From positions 1,440,001-1,504,000 of the forward strand of contig OZ220744.1 in assembly GCA_965116925.1 (NCBI GenBank): a stretch of 64,000 nt of DNA, given 5' to 3'. The notes under the pieces were generated by a model. The model made no database searches and was not told where the DNA came from. It was given only the letters and a program-made list of their open reading frames with translations. This document shows, one piece after another, positions 19,515-27,996 of the stretch (positions are counted from its first letter, which is position 1; every line of letters starts with the position of its first letter). The stretch comes from Candidatus Poribacteria bacterium (lineage in GTDB: Bacteria; Poribacteria; WGA-4E; PCPOR2b). Made by a program: the position numbers and the translations under genes.

Positions 19515-21953
19515 ATGGCGACAGAGAGTTTAGTACCTTTTAACGTGGATGCAATAGATCCGGATGAGGCCCGCGCAATTGAAATTTATGAGATGCAGCT
19601 GGGTCGCGTTCAAGCGGGCCAGATGCCGGAGGAGATTTTCCTCGAATTTAGACTCCGTCACGGTGTTTATGGGCAACGCGACGAAGGTTCACAGATGATT
19701 CGCGTAAAAATTCCGTTCGGTGGTCTAAACGCGGGGCAACTGGAAATGCTTGCAGATGTTGCCGAAGAATTTTCGGATAATATCATTCACATCACGACCC
19801 GCCAAGATGTGCAGTATCACTATGTGGACATTAACAATACGCCAGAGTTAATGCGTCGATTAGCCTCCGTTGGTATTACGACCAAGGAAGCATGTGGAAA
19901 CGTGGTTCGGAATGTCACCGCTTGCCCCCTTTCTGGCGTATGTAACGATGAACCTTTTGATGTAACACCTCACTCCAAGGCGTTGTCTGCCTTCCTGTTG
20001 GGACATCAAGATGCACAAGACTTCGGACGCAAGTTCAAGATAGCGTTTTCTGGCTGCCATGAACATGCCTGTGGTTTAGGATACATGCACGACATCGGCG
20101 CGGTTGCGGCAATTAAAGAGGTTGATGGCAAACCGAAGCGTGGATTCAAGTTGCTTGTCGGTGGTGGCCTTGGCCCTGTGCCACATCAGGCAAAAGTCTT
20201 TGACGAGTTTGTGCCTGAAGAGGAATTGCTGCCGATTTCGCAAGCAATTTCGAGGGTATTCACCCGTCTTGGAGAACGTAAGAATCGCAACAAGGCGCGG
20301 ATGAAGTTTGTCGTAGCAAATCTTGGCATCGAAGAGTTTCGGCGTCTTGTGTTGGAAGAACGGGAACAGTTACGCCATGATCCTGCGTGGACTGCTCATC
20401 TCGAAAATCTGGACGCGTATGATGAGACACCACTTAAGCCGCCGACGCAGCTTAACGGTGCATCGAAACCGGAAGGATTTGATGAATGGCATGCCACAAA
20501 CGTGCGTTCCCAACGACAGCCGGGATACGCAGTCGTCAATATCACGTTGCCGCTTGGAGACATCACCGCGGATCAGACACGGGCATTGGCGGATATTTCG
20601 CGCAAATACGTGAAGGATACCATCCGCACGACCGTCGAGCAGAATCTTGTTTTGCGTTGGGTCAGCATGAGCGATCTGCCCGCACTCTATCAGGAACTCA
20701 AAGCAATCGGCTTAGGTGCATCGGGTGCTGAAAGTACGGTTGATATTACAGCCTGCCCCGGCACCGATTCCTGCAAACTGGGCATCTCATCTTCTCGTGG
20801 GTTAGCCGCCTACTTGAGGAACTATTTCATCGAAACCGGTGTGAAGGAAGGGCTCCAAGATCTGCGGATCAAGATCAGCGGTTGCCCCAATTCATGTGGT
20901 CAACACCACATCGCAAACATTGGCTTCTTCGGCTCATCAAGACGTATGGGGAAACACATCGCCCCGTATTATCAGGTTCTGTTGGGCGGTCACGCTATCG
21001 AGAATGCTAGTGCTTATGGACTTGCCGCCGGAAAGATTCACGGCAAGAACATCCCGCAATTCATCGAACACCTGACAGGAAGATACATTGATGAACGAGA
21101 CGACGATGAATCTTTCACCGACTACATTGCGAGACTCGGCAAGGTCGAGATTAAGGCGATCCTCCGTGAGTATGATAAGATCCCTTCCTTCGAGGAAGAT
21201 CCCAGCTACTATATCGACACCGGCGACACGAAGGAGTTTCAACTCAAAACGGGTGTCGGCGAGTGTGCGGGGGCATTGGTCGAGTTGGTTTCGTTCATAC
21301 TTGAAGAGGCGGACCGGCTGATCTATGAGGCGGGGATCGATTTGGAACGTGACCAATATGTGGATTCCGCTGAACACGCTTTTGAAGCGATGATCAAAGC
21401 CGCGGACGCACTGCTGACGACCGAGGGACAGCAACACATTGACAACGAGACGACAGTCAGGGAATTCCGAAGTCGGTTCTTTGAACCGGGAGTTGTCTTC
21501 CCCGGTTTTGGAGCACATATATTTAAGGCAGCAGAGGAAGATCCCAGCACCTTTGATAGGGAGCTAACCCATCGTCGTGTCGAGGAAGCCACCCTCTTTG
21601 TTGAGGAAGCCCATAACGTCTACGGACGGATGCGGATTCGGCAGGAGGAGGAGGCAGACACCAAGAAACGGGAAGCTAGACCGGCCCGTATCCCCAAGGC
21701 GCCGCCGAAAGCGGAGCCTGTCGAGGAGATCGTTGATAGTCTCGACCTTAAAGGCGTGGCGTGTCCGTTCAACTACGTGCAAGCCAAAATCCGCTTGGAG
21801 ACGATGAATGTTGGTCAGCTGCTCGAAATCACGATTGATGATGGCGAGCCGATTGAAAACGTCCCCAAGAGCCTCACGAACGATGGGCATGAGATTACCG
21901 ACACCAAGAAGGTTGGTCAGCACTATCGACTCGTGATTCGCAAAGGTGAATAA
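19515..21953 (+). CDS. Siroheme sulfite/nitrite reductase fused to HEPN-like and C-terminal TusA/SirA domains
   Basis: GVYGQR, HITTRQDVQ, ACPGTDSC...SGCPNSCGQH ligands; C-terminal LDLKGVACPFNYV...IENVPKSL; GAAGGAG RBS. Confidence 0.9.
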   Translation: MATESLVPFNVDAIDPDEARAIEIYEMQLGRVQAGQMPEEIFLEFRLRHGVYGQRDEGSQMIRVKIPFGGLNAGQLEMLADVAEEFSDNIIHITTRQDVQYHYVDINNTPELMRRLASVGITTKEACGNVVRNVTACPLSGVCNDEPFDVTPHSKALSAFLLGHQDAQDFGRKFKIAFSGCHEHACGLGYMHDIGAVAAIKEVDGKPKRGFKLLVGGGLGPVPHQAKVFDEFVPEEELLPISQAISRVFTRLGERKNRNKARMKFVVANLGIEEFRRLVLEEREQLRHDPAWTAHLENLDAYDETPLKPPTQLNGASKPEGFDEWHATNVRSQRQPGYAVVNITLPLGDITADQTRALADISRKYVKDTIRTTVEQNLVLRWVSMSDLPALYQELKAIGLGASGAESTVDITACPGTDSCKLGISSSRGLAAYLRNYFIETGVKEGLQDLRIKISGCPNSCGQHHIANIGFFGSSRRMGKHIAPYYQVLLGGHAIENASAYGLAAGKIHGKNIPQFIEHLTGRYIDERDDDESFTDYIARLGKVEIKAILREYDKIPSFEEDPSYYIDTGDTKEFQLKTGVGECAGALVELVSFILEEADRLIYEAGIDLERDQYVDSAEHAFEAMIKAADALLTTEGQQHIDNETTVREFRSRFFEPGVVFPGFGAHIFKAAEEDPSTFDRELTHRRVEEATLFVEEAHNVYGRMRIRQEEEADTKKREARPARIPKAPPKAEPVEEIVDSLDLKGVACPFNYVQAKIRLETMNVGQLLEITIDDGEPIENVPKSLTNDGHEITDTKKVGQHYRLVIRKGE

Positions 21954-21980
21954 CGGATAAGGGGTAAGAGGTTGTCAAAG

Positions 21981-22027
21981 TAAAGCGTGATGGACTGAAG
22001 TTGGGTTCGTCACGCTTTATTTTTTTA
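21981..22027 (+). terminator. Rho-independent terminator
   Basis: TAAAGCGTGA...TCACGCTTTA followed by T-run. Confidence 0.85.
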
Positions 22028-22124
22028 TAAGGCCACCCCAGATACAATCACATCAATAACGGTTCATACAGCAACACAACAACAGATTCGATTCCGGATT
22101 CGGACCGGAGAGATATACTCTTGA
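22026..22124 (+). pseudogene. C-terminal remnant of a DUF4258-like toxin
   Basis: Startless frame YKATPDTITSITVHTATQQQIRFRIRTGEIYS* directly before the DUF2283 gene. Confidence 0.45.
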
Positions 22125-22135
22125 ATAAGACAAAG

Positions 22136-22342
22136 ATGGCATATTTTGAGCAAGAAGACATATTGCATTTGGCGATCTCTGATGAACCAGAAAGGGGAAG
22201 TATTGAACTGAGTCCCAATATTACCGCAGAATTGAATGACAACGGAGAACTAATCGGTATCGAAATTCTAAATGCTAGTGCCTTCATTCGAGATTCAATT
22301 TTGGAATCTGTACAAGCAAAGATACTTTCGCTCGGCAAATGA
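22136..22342 (+). CDS. DUF2283-domain putative antitoxin
   Basis: YFEQEDILHL...ELNDNGELIGIEILNAS. Confidence 0.85.
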   Translation: MAYFEQEDILHLAISDEPERGSIELSPNITAELNDNGELIGIEILNASAFIRDSILESVQAKILSLGK

Positions 22343-22366
22343 AGTAAAGCGAATTAGGAACCTGTT

Positions 22367-22576
22367 ATGCAACAAATAATTGATGATAAAAATCAACTCA
22401 AGGAAGTGTTCAAACAAGCATTCGCTGAATTGCTACAAAAACGGAGAGATATGTTGTACGATGTTTTTACAGAAGTTCTTGAGGATATAGCTTTGGCAAA
22501 TGCAATCAAAGAAGGGGAAGAAACCGAGGTTGTCTCCAGAAAACAGGTTTTCAAAATCTTAGAAGGTGAATCTTGA
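22367..22576 (+). CDS. Putative antitoxin of a RelE-type pair
   Basis: EDIALANAIKEGEETEVVSRKQVF; stop overlaps TTG of relE remnant. Confidence 0.7.
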   Translation: MQQIIDDKNQLKEVFKQAFAELLQKRRDMLYDVFTEVLEDIALANAIKEGEETEVVSRKQVFKILEGES

Positions 22577-22707
22577 AAGTTGAATTTAGAAGTAGCTTCG
22601 CTAGGGACCTCAGACGCCTCCGGTACCGATTTGTAAAAGAACGCGTCAAAGGGACGATACAACAAATTGAAGAGGCAGATGACCTTACAGAAGTCAGTAA
22701 CATTTGA
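22573..22707 (+). pseudogene. Truncated RelE/ParE toxin (N-terminal half)
   Basis: MKVEFRSSFARDLRRL...IEEADDLTEVSNI* (44 aa); stops before the usual YRIRxGDYR segment. Confidence 0.7.
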
Positions 22708-22723
22708 GGAAGGAAAAGTAATT

Positions 22724-22942
22724 ATGACACAACTTCTGGAAAAAGTACTCACCGAGGTTTATAAACTTCCACCCGAAAAACAGGACACCATTGCAGCGTT
22801 GATTCTTGAAGAACTTGACGATGAACAACGATGGGACGCGGCTTTTGCCGAATCACAAGATAAAATTGCCCAACTTGCCCGCAAAGTCCGTGCTGACATT
22901 AAGGCAGGTCGCATCAAAAAGATGGGGATTGATGAGTTGTGA
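22724..22942 (+). CDS. Putative antitoxin
   Basis: MTQLLEK...ELDDEQRWDAAFAESQD; 4-nt overlap with downstream toxin. Confidence 0.75.
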   Translation: MTQLLEKVLTEVYKLPPEKQDTIAALILEELDDEQRWDAAFAESQDKIAQLARKVRADIKAGRIKKMGIDEL

Positions 22943-23208
22943 ACTCATATCTGACAGAGGATTTTCTTGCCTGCTTTCGACGATTGCCTCAGAACGTCAA
23001 AGAGAAAGCTCGCAGGAATTACCGTCTTTGGCGGCAAGACCCTAACCAGCCAAGTTTGCAATTCAAACGGGTACATTCCAGAGAGCGGATTTACTCAATC
23101 CGAGTCGGAATTGGCTGGCGCGCTTTGGGCTTGCGGGAAGATGATGCGATCTATTGGTTCTGGATAGGCTCTCATGCTGAATATGACAGATTGCTCAATC
23201 AACTTTGA
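22939..23208 (+). CDS. ParE/RelE-like toxin, apparently intact
   Basis: PSLQFKRV, YSIRVGIGWRALG, WFWIGSHAEYD. Confidence 0.85.
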   Translation: MNSYLTEDFLACFRRLPQNVKEKARRNYRLWRQDPNQPSLQFKRVHSRERIYSIRVGIGWRALGLREDDAIYWFWIGSHAEYDRLLNQL

Positions 23209-23265
23209 ACTCCAAACGTGCCGAATTATACCTTGGATTGACTTCAGGACGGGGAAGGAAACAAA

Positions 23266-23526
23266 ATGCTCAACGATGAAGCGTGGAATGAAACATTAAT
23301 GGAGAAAAAGGTAACGTATAGTATTGAAGTCGCTGGGCAGTTCGTCATTATTGAAAATGTGCCTGCCCGCGTAAATGTCGAAACAGGAGAAAGGTACTTT
23401 TCTCCAGAAACCGTTGAACACTTACAGCAAGCTGTATGGGAGCGGTATCGCCCTGTTCGCACTATCGAAACACTTGTGTATGAGTACACCGCATTTGAGC
23501 CTGACAAGCCGTTGCAGCCATCTTAG
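23266..23526 (+). CDS. YgiT-type (MqsA N-terminal-like) antitoxin, Cys-free variant
   Basis: IIENVPARVNVETGERYFSPET. Confidence 0.75.
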   Translation: MLNDEAWNETLMEKKVTYSIEVAGQFVIIENVPARVNVETGERYFSPETVEHLQQAVWERYRPVRTIETLVYEYTAFEPDKPLQPS

Positions 23527-23632
23527 CCCGAATCTATTAGGGCAACGGTGGGGAATACAGTGTTCAGGAAACCCCACCGTGTACATCTTAGAGTCGGATA
23601 ACTGAACTTTTTCGCCTGAAGAGATATGTAAG

Positions 23633-24451
23633 ATGAACCAAAAATTTGAGATAAGCCCAAAACTAAAAAAGTGGCTCAAATGGATGGAAATTATTCAAGG
23701 CGAGATTCAAACGCTTCTGCGGGATACAAACATGTTCTGGGAAGTCCAAGATATCATCCGTGAGAATCCGCGTATCCAACAGCCGAGTGCTTTCTATCGC
23801 TATCTTGGAAGGACTTATCTTTCCCATGCGCTAGCGGGGTTACGTCGGCAAGTCAAGCCACAGAAGGACAGCATATCTTTTGTGGGTTTGCTTGAGGATA
23901 TTGCTAAAAACCCTGAAGAGTTATCTCGCAGCTACTACCGTTCTCTCTGTGCTAATTCTGATGGACCTGACATCAGCCAAATTGAGATTGAGGGCAAGGA
24001 AGGGCTTGAAGAGGTGGGAATTACTGACACTTCGCAACTGAAGGATTTGATACATATGGATGACTTCGCCCCCTACGCAGATGCCAGCGGAGAGCATGTA
24101 TGTCCCAAGATGGTGAAAGCCGATCTAAATGCACTCAAATTAGCAGTAGAAAAACATGAGGAGTTTGCTGATAAACGTATTGCCCATTGGGATAAGGGTG
24201 AACCGGACGTTGTACCAACATTCGGAGAATTGGACGATTGCATTAAATTACTCGACAAGACGTATGTGAAATATCATCTCCTGTTTTATGCCGAATCTAT
24301 AGACACGTTGATGCCAACCTATCAATATGAATGGAAGGCCGTTTTTCTGGAACCTTGGCTAAAAGCTGTCGCTGGAAGTGCAAAAGGACTTATTCACATC
24401 CATGAAGATTTTGACGACGAACTCCCAGATTTCAAAGAGTATATGGAATAA
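23633..24451 (+). CDS. AbiU2-like HEPN protein with DUF2281-like C-terminal tail
   Basis: ISFVGLLEDI, FADKRIAH; tail GSAKGLIHIHEDFDDELPDFKEYME. Confidence 0.55.
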   Translation: MNQKFEISPKLKKWLKWMEIIQGEIQTLLRDTNMFWEVQDIIRENPRIQQPSAFYRYLGRTYLSHALAGLRRQVKPQKDSISFVGLLEDIAKNPEELSRSYYRSLCANSDGPDISQIEIEGKEGLEEVGITDTSQLKDLIHMDDFAPYADASGEHVCPKMVKADLNALKLAVEKHEEFADKRIAHWDKGEPDVVPTFGELDDCIKLLDKTYVKYHLLFYAESIDTLMPTYQYEWKAVFLEPWLKAVAGSAKGLIHIHEDFDDELPDFKEYME

Positions 24452-24484
24452 GAAAGTCAAAAGGAGAATCGAGGAGTTTCAAAG

Positions 24485-24721
24485 ATGACCCAAAGCGCAA
24501 AGTACATCAAGATTGTCGAATGGTCTGAAGAGGATCAATGTTTCATCGGTTGTTGTCCGGGAGTGATTGGTCCGTGTTGTCATGGGAACGATGAAGTCGA
24601 AGTTTATCGGGAGTTATGCCAGATTGTTGATGAGTGGCTGGCAATCACTTATCAGGAAAATAAGGTACTACCACCCCCGACTATCGGTAGGAATGTTGCC
24701 GAATTGTTAACAGCCACCTGA
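24485..24721 (+). CDS. HicB-like antitoxin (orphan)
   Basis: YIKIVEWSEEDQCFIGCCPG...CHG...LPPP. Confidence 0.75.
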   Translation: MTQSAKYIKIVEWSEEDQCFIGCCPGVIGPCCHGNDEVEVYRELCQIVDEWLAITYQENKVLPPPTIGRNVAELLTAT

Positions 24722-24937
24722 GCAGAATCCACCGTTGCGGTTGGCGGTGCTAAGTTGTCGTTTTGCTGATGTTCTTGAGGTTTTGTCTTGGAGTCTTTTG
24801 ACAAACGCATTCTCCACAAGCAACTACATTTTTTCCGTTAGATTTTCAGTGAAGGGGACGAACCAACTTCGTCTCCCTATCCCCTATATGGGTGTTAAAA
24901 TCATTTCCAGAAAAGGAGTTTCTGATTACAGCAAACT

Positions 24938-25519
24938 ATGGATCTACAACAGATTAACATTAAGGTTTTCACCACAGAAGACAGCCAAATCAACTATGAG
25001 AATTTCATCAGGGTATTCAACAGGTGGATGGCAGAGGGAGAACCAGACGAGTACCTGAACTACGCTGATTACTCATTTACCCACGCGGGTCCCGGCGTTC
25101 TACTAATTTCGGCAAGCACCAACTATAGCATTGATGCAGCCAGAAGTCGTCACGGTTTTCTCTATAACCGGAAGCATAAGGTAGAAGGGGATAATCGCGA
25201 AAAAATCCATCAGGCGTTCACCGAAACACTTCAAAGATGTGTTCGTTTAGAAGAGGCAGAAGAACTAGAGAACGCTGTACATCTAAACGGAGATGAGATT
25301 CTGTTTTTTATTAATAACCGCCATATTGCACCAAACACCCAAGAGATGTTTGATGCGATTCAGCCGGACTTAACCGCGGTGCTAGCGCAGATGTACGGTG
25401 GGGACGACTTTACGGTTGAACTTGCATTTGAAGATATTCGGGAACGGTTTGCGGTTCAAATCTCGGCACGTTCAGGCAAAGGAATTGCGGATCTGCTAGC
25501 GAACTTGGAAAATAACTAG
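24938..25519 (+). CDS. Hypothetical protein, likely part of the sulfur-relay locus
   Basis: 193-aa ORF co-oriented with moeB, 37-bp gap; YADYS..AGPGVLLI, GFLYNRK. Confidence 0.7.
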   Translation: MDLQQINIKVFTTEDSQINYENFIRVFNRWMAEGEPDEYLNYADYSFTHAGPGVLLISASTNYSIDAARSRHGFLYNRKHKVEGDNREKIHQAFTETLQRCVRLEEAEELENAVHLNGDEILFFINNRHIAPNTQEMFDAIQPDLTAVLAQMYGGDDFTVELAFEDIRERFAVQISARSGKGIADLLANLENN

Positions 25520-25556
25520 AATCCATTCTTGCGGTTCATAACGAGGGAATTTTGAG

Positions 25557-26363
25557 ATGTACAATTTTAGTAGTGAGCAAATTGAGCGATATAGTCGGCA
25601 CATCATCCTCAAAGAGGTTGGGGGGATGGGGCAGACCAAGCTGCTTGAGTCGAAGGTGCTTCTCATCGGTGCAGGTGGGCTTGGATCGCCTGCGGGACTG
25701 TATCTCGCCGCAGCGGGTGTCGGAACACTCGGAATCGTTGACGACGATGTTGTGGATGTGAGCAATCTCCAACGACAGGTTCTTCACGGAACGAGCGATG
25801 TGGGCAAACTGAAGACAGAGTCCGCAAAAGAGACGATTGCAGACATTAATCCCGATGTTGAAGTCATCATGCATAACGAGAAGATAGTCTCGGCAAATGC
25901 GTTTGAAATACTTGAGGGTTATGACCTAATTGTTGATGGGTGTGATAATTTACCGACCCGTTACCTGCTGAATGATGCTAGTGTGATGCTCGGCAAACCG
26001 ATCGTGCACGGCAGTATCTTCCAATTTGAAGGACAGGTAACTGTCTTCCATCCCGGTCGGGGACCGTGTTATCGTTGTCTTTATCCATCGCCACCGCCCC
26101 CTGATATGGTGCCGAGTTGTCAAGAAGCGGGTGTGATTGGTGTGTTACCGGGTATTGTCGGAAATGTGCAAGCCGTTGAAGCTATCAAGGTCCTACTTGA
26201 CATTGGGAAACCGCTGGTCGGTCAACTGCTTCTGTTTAACGCTTTATCAATGGAGTTTAAGAAACTCACGCTTCGCCAAGATCCTGAATGCCCTGCTTGC
26301 GGTAAGAACCCAACGATTCACGAACTGATTGACTACGAGGAGTTTTGCCAAGTACGTTGGTAA
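25557..26363 (+). CDS. moeB: MoeB/ThiF-family sulfur-carrier adenylyltransferase (no rhodanese domain)
   Basis: RYSRH, GAGGLG, SNLQRQ, CYRC, PSCQEAGV, CPAC. Confidence 0.9.
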   Translation: MYNFSSEQIERYSRHIILKEVGGMGQTKLLESKVLLIGAGGLGSPAGLYLAAAGVGTLGIVDDDVVDVSNLQRQVLHGTSDVGKLKTESAKETIADINPDVEVIMHNEKIVSANAFEILEGYDLIVDGCDNLPTRYLLNDASVMLGKPIVHGSIFQFEGQVTVFHPGRGPCYRCLYPSPPPPDMVPSCQEAGVIGVLPGIVGNVQAVEAIKVLLDIGKPLVGQLLLFNALSMEFKKLTLRQDPECPACGKNPTIHELIDYEEFCQVRW

Positions 26364-26387
26364 TCTCCACCAACCCTAGGGATAATA

Positions 26388-26432
26388 AGAAGCCCCAAGA
26401 CGCAGGAGGTATGGAGTTTTGGGGCTTTTTTT
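26388..26432. terminator. Hairpin terminator between convergent moeB and brnA
   Basis: AAGCCCCAAGAC...GTTTTGGGGCTT then T-run. Confidence 0.75.
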
Positions 26433-26694
26433 AGGTAACATCCGATTCTTGGTGTAATCCATCAACAATCCACTTCTGTAACAATTGAACAGAACTCAAC
26501 CCTTTTTCCAAAGCTAATTTTCGCACATCGCGTAAAAGATCCTCGTTCAGTGGCATAACGATTAAGTGTTTTCGAGGAACAAAGCTAACTATAACTTCAT
26601 CATCCTCCATATCTTCCCAATAATCTGCTGAATCGTGTGTTGACCAGAACTCTTGAATTTCTTCTTCACTGTTGAATTTTGGTATCCTTGCCAT
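26431..26694 (-). CDS. BrnA/CopG-like antitoxin
   Basis: IPKFNSEEEIQEFWSTHDSADY; C-terminal RHH-like LALEKGLSSVQLLQKWI. Confidence 0.85.
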   Translation of the reverse strand: MARIPKFNSEEEIQEFWSTHDSADYWEDMEDDEVIVSFVPRKHLIVMPLNEDLLRDVRKLALEKGLSSVQLLQKWIVDGLHQESDVT

Positions 26695-26699
26695 ACATC

Positions 26700-26969
26700 T
26701 CACCTCCGTAAATAAAGCCGCCGTTCGTGCGAGCTCATATCCCGTGCACTAATTACGCGGACCATACCACCGCCCAAATCGAGATAGACCACAAATAGAT
26801 AACGTCCGGCTTCCGTCTGTCCGTATACATATCGGGTGCCATCTCTGCCGCGTCTAAAATAAGGGTCAGTATAGAAAACCTCTTCTGCTTCTTCGGGGGT
26901 TACACTGTGCCGTCGCCAAAGATGTTCTTCGTTCCGTTCATCCCATTGAAATCTTTCGATGTGTATCAC
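26700..26969 (-). CDS. BrnT-family toxin
   Basis: FQWDERN...EAEEVF...GQTEAGRYLFVV...RVISAR. Confidence 0.9.
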   Translation of the reverse strand: MIHIERFQWDERNEEHLWRRHSVTPEEAEEVFYTDPYFRRGRDGTRYVYGQTEAGRYLFVVYLDLGGGMVRVISARDMSSHERRLYLRR

Positions 26970-27038
26970 TGATTTTTTCCCCATACATGTTTTCACTTGA
27001 AAAATTATATGTCATGGTCCGCTGTTGTGTCAAGACTT

Positions 27039-27776
27039 TAGAACTTACGCAGTTGAACGCTCAAAGTCCTGTAGTTCGGCAATTCATCGCCGTTGGACAC
27101 AACTTCCAACGCCCGTTAAGAAACGGGCAACTACAGTAGGGGCACCATCAAGGATCCCGACCACAATATGTAACTGTTTGTAACTGTTTGTAATACGATT
27201 TGACGAGCATGACGAAACGGTTCATGCTGAAATAGGGACAATTTTCCCATTTGCGCGGGAAAAATGGGAAAATTTGATTTTCGTAGGCGAAACGTAACCT
27301 TTTTAATCTCGCTCATGCGACCTTCATCTGCGAGATCTGCGTCCGTCTCTACTCTTAAAACTGAAGTGCGTAAGTCCTATACACAATTATAGTGAATTCT
27401 AAAAATAAATAAACACTTTCGCTCCCCATGTTTGGTAGGCGCTGTTTCTAACTGCGCCGATTTGGCGTGTCCCATTAATTCTAAAATCTACTATAACTTG
27501 AACTGATGTTTTACGCTTGGGTCAATTCAAATTGTCAAAATCTAACAAAATCTAACACTTTTTACAAAAATTCTTAGGACTTACGCAGTTGAACGCTCAA
27601 AGCCTTGTAGTTCAGCGATTTATTGCTGTTGGACACCGTTCTCAACCTTGGTCTTAGAACGGACCCCCGATGAATCAGGCAACTACAGTAAGGTTTTAGG
27701 TTTGTAGTAGGGCGATTTATCGTCCGTCCGGACGCGCAATGAACGCGCTACTACAAACTCAAGTGCGTAACTCCTA
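27039..27776. mobile_element. Composite non-autonomous element of three MITE-like units (27039-27379, 27387-27496, 27575-27776) with GTAG hairpins
   Basis: TIRs TAG(A/G)ACTTACGCA / TGCGTAA(G/C)TCCTA; second TIR pair TTATAGT.../...ACTATAA; CAAGACTT direct repeat at 27031-27038 and 27777-27784. Confidence 0.8.
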
Positions 27777-27848
27777 CAAGACTTATAAAAAATGGCACAG
27801 AGATTGAGTACCTCGTCAAAAGCATGTTGTAGAGCAATGTGTTTGTGC

Positions 27849-27877
27849 TTGACAGCACCTATGATGGGTGCTATACT
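27849..27877 (+). promoter_or_regulatory. Sigma70 promoter with palindromic spacer
   Basis: TTGACA-17-TATACT; AGCACC-N7-GGTGCT across the spacer. Confidence 0.75.
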
Positions 27878-27996
27878 AAAGCCTATTCTTAAAAAATATG
27901 TTACACTGGAATAAAGCCTATCGAATCGTGAGGCTACAAAGATCTGAGCCTTGAGGATCGGTATAATATAAAATCCGTGAAAGGAGCTTTTGAAGC

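Noticed and set aside
22026..24721. Integron cassette array
   Set aside because: No integrase and no recurring attC-like sites seen between genes
24735..25058. 107-aa ORF overlapping the hypothetical gene
   Set aside because: No motif and overlaps the better-supported 24938-25519 ORF out of frame
27039..27776. CRISPR array
   Set aside because: Only two long direct repeats with inverted ends, no regular repeat-spacer period, no cas genes
27854..27873. CIRCE element
   Set aside because: Spacing and arm sequence deviate from TTAGCACTC-N9-GAGTGCTAA, and no chaperone gene follows
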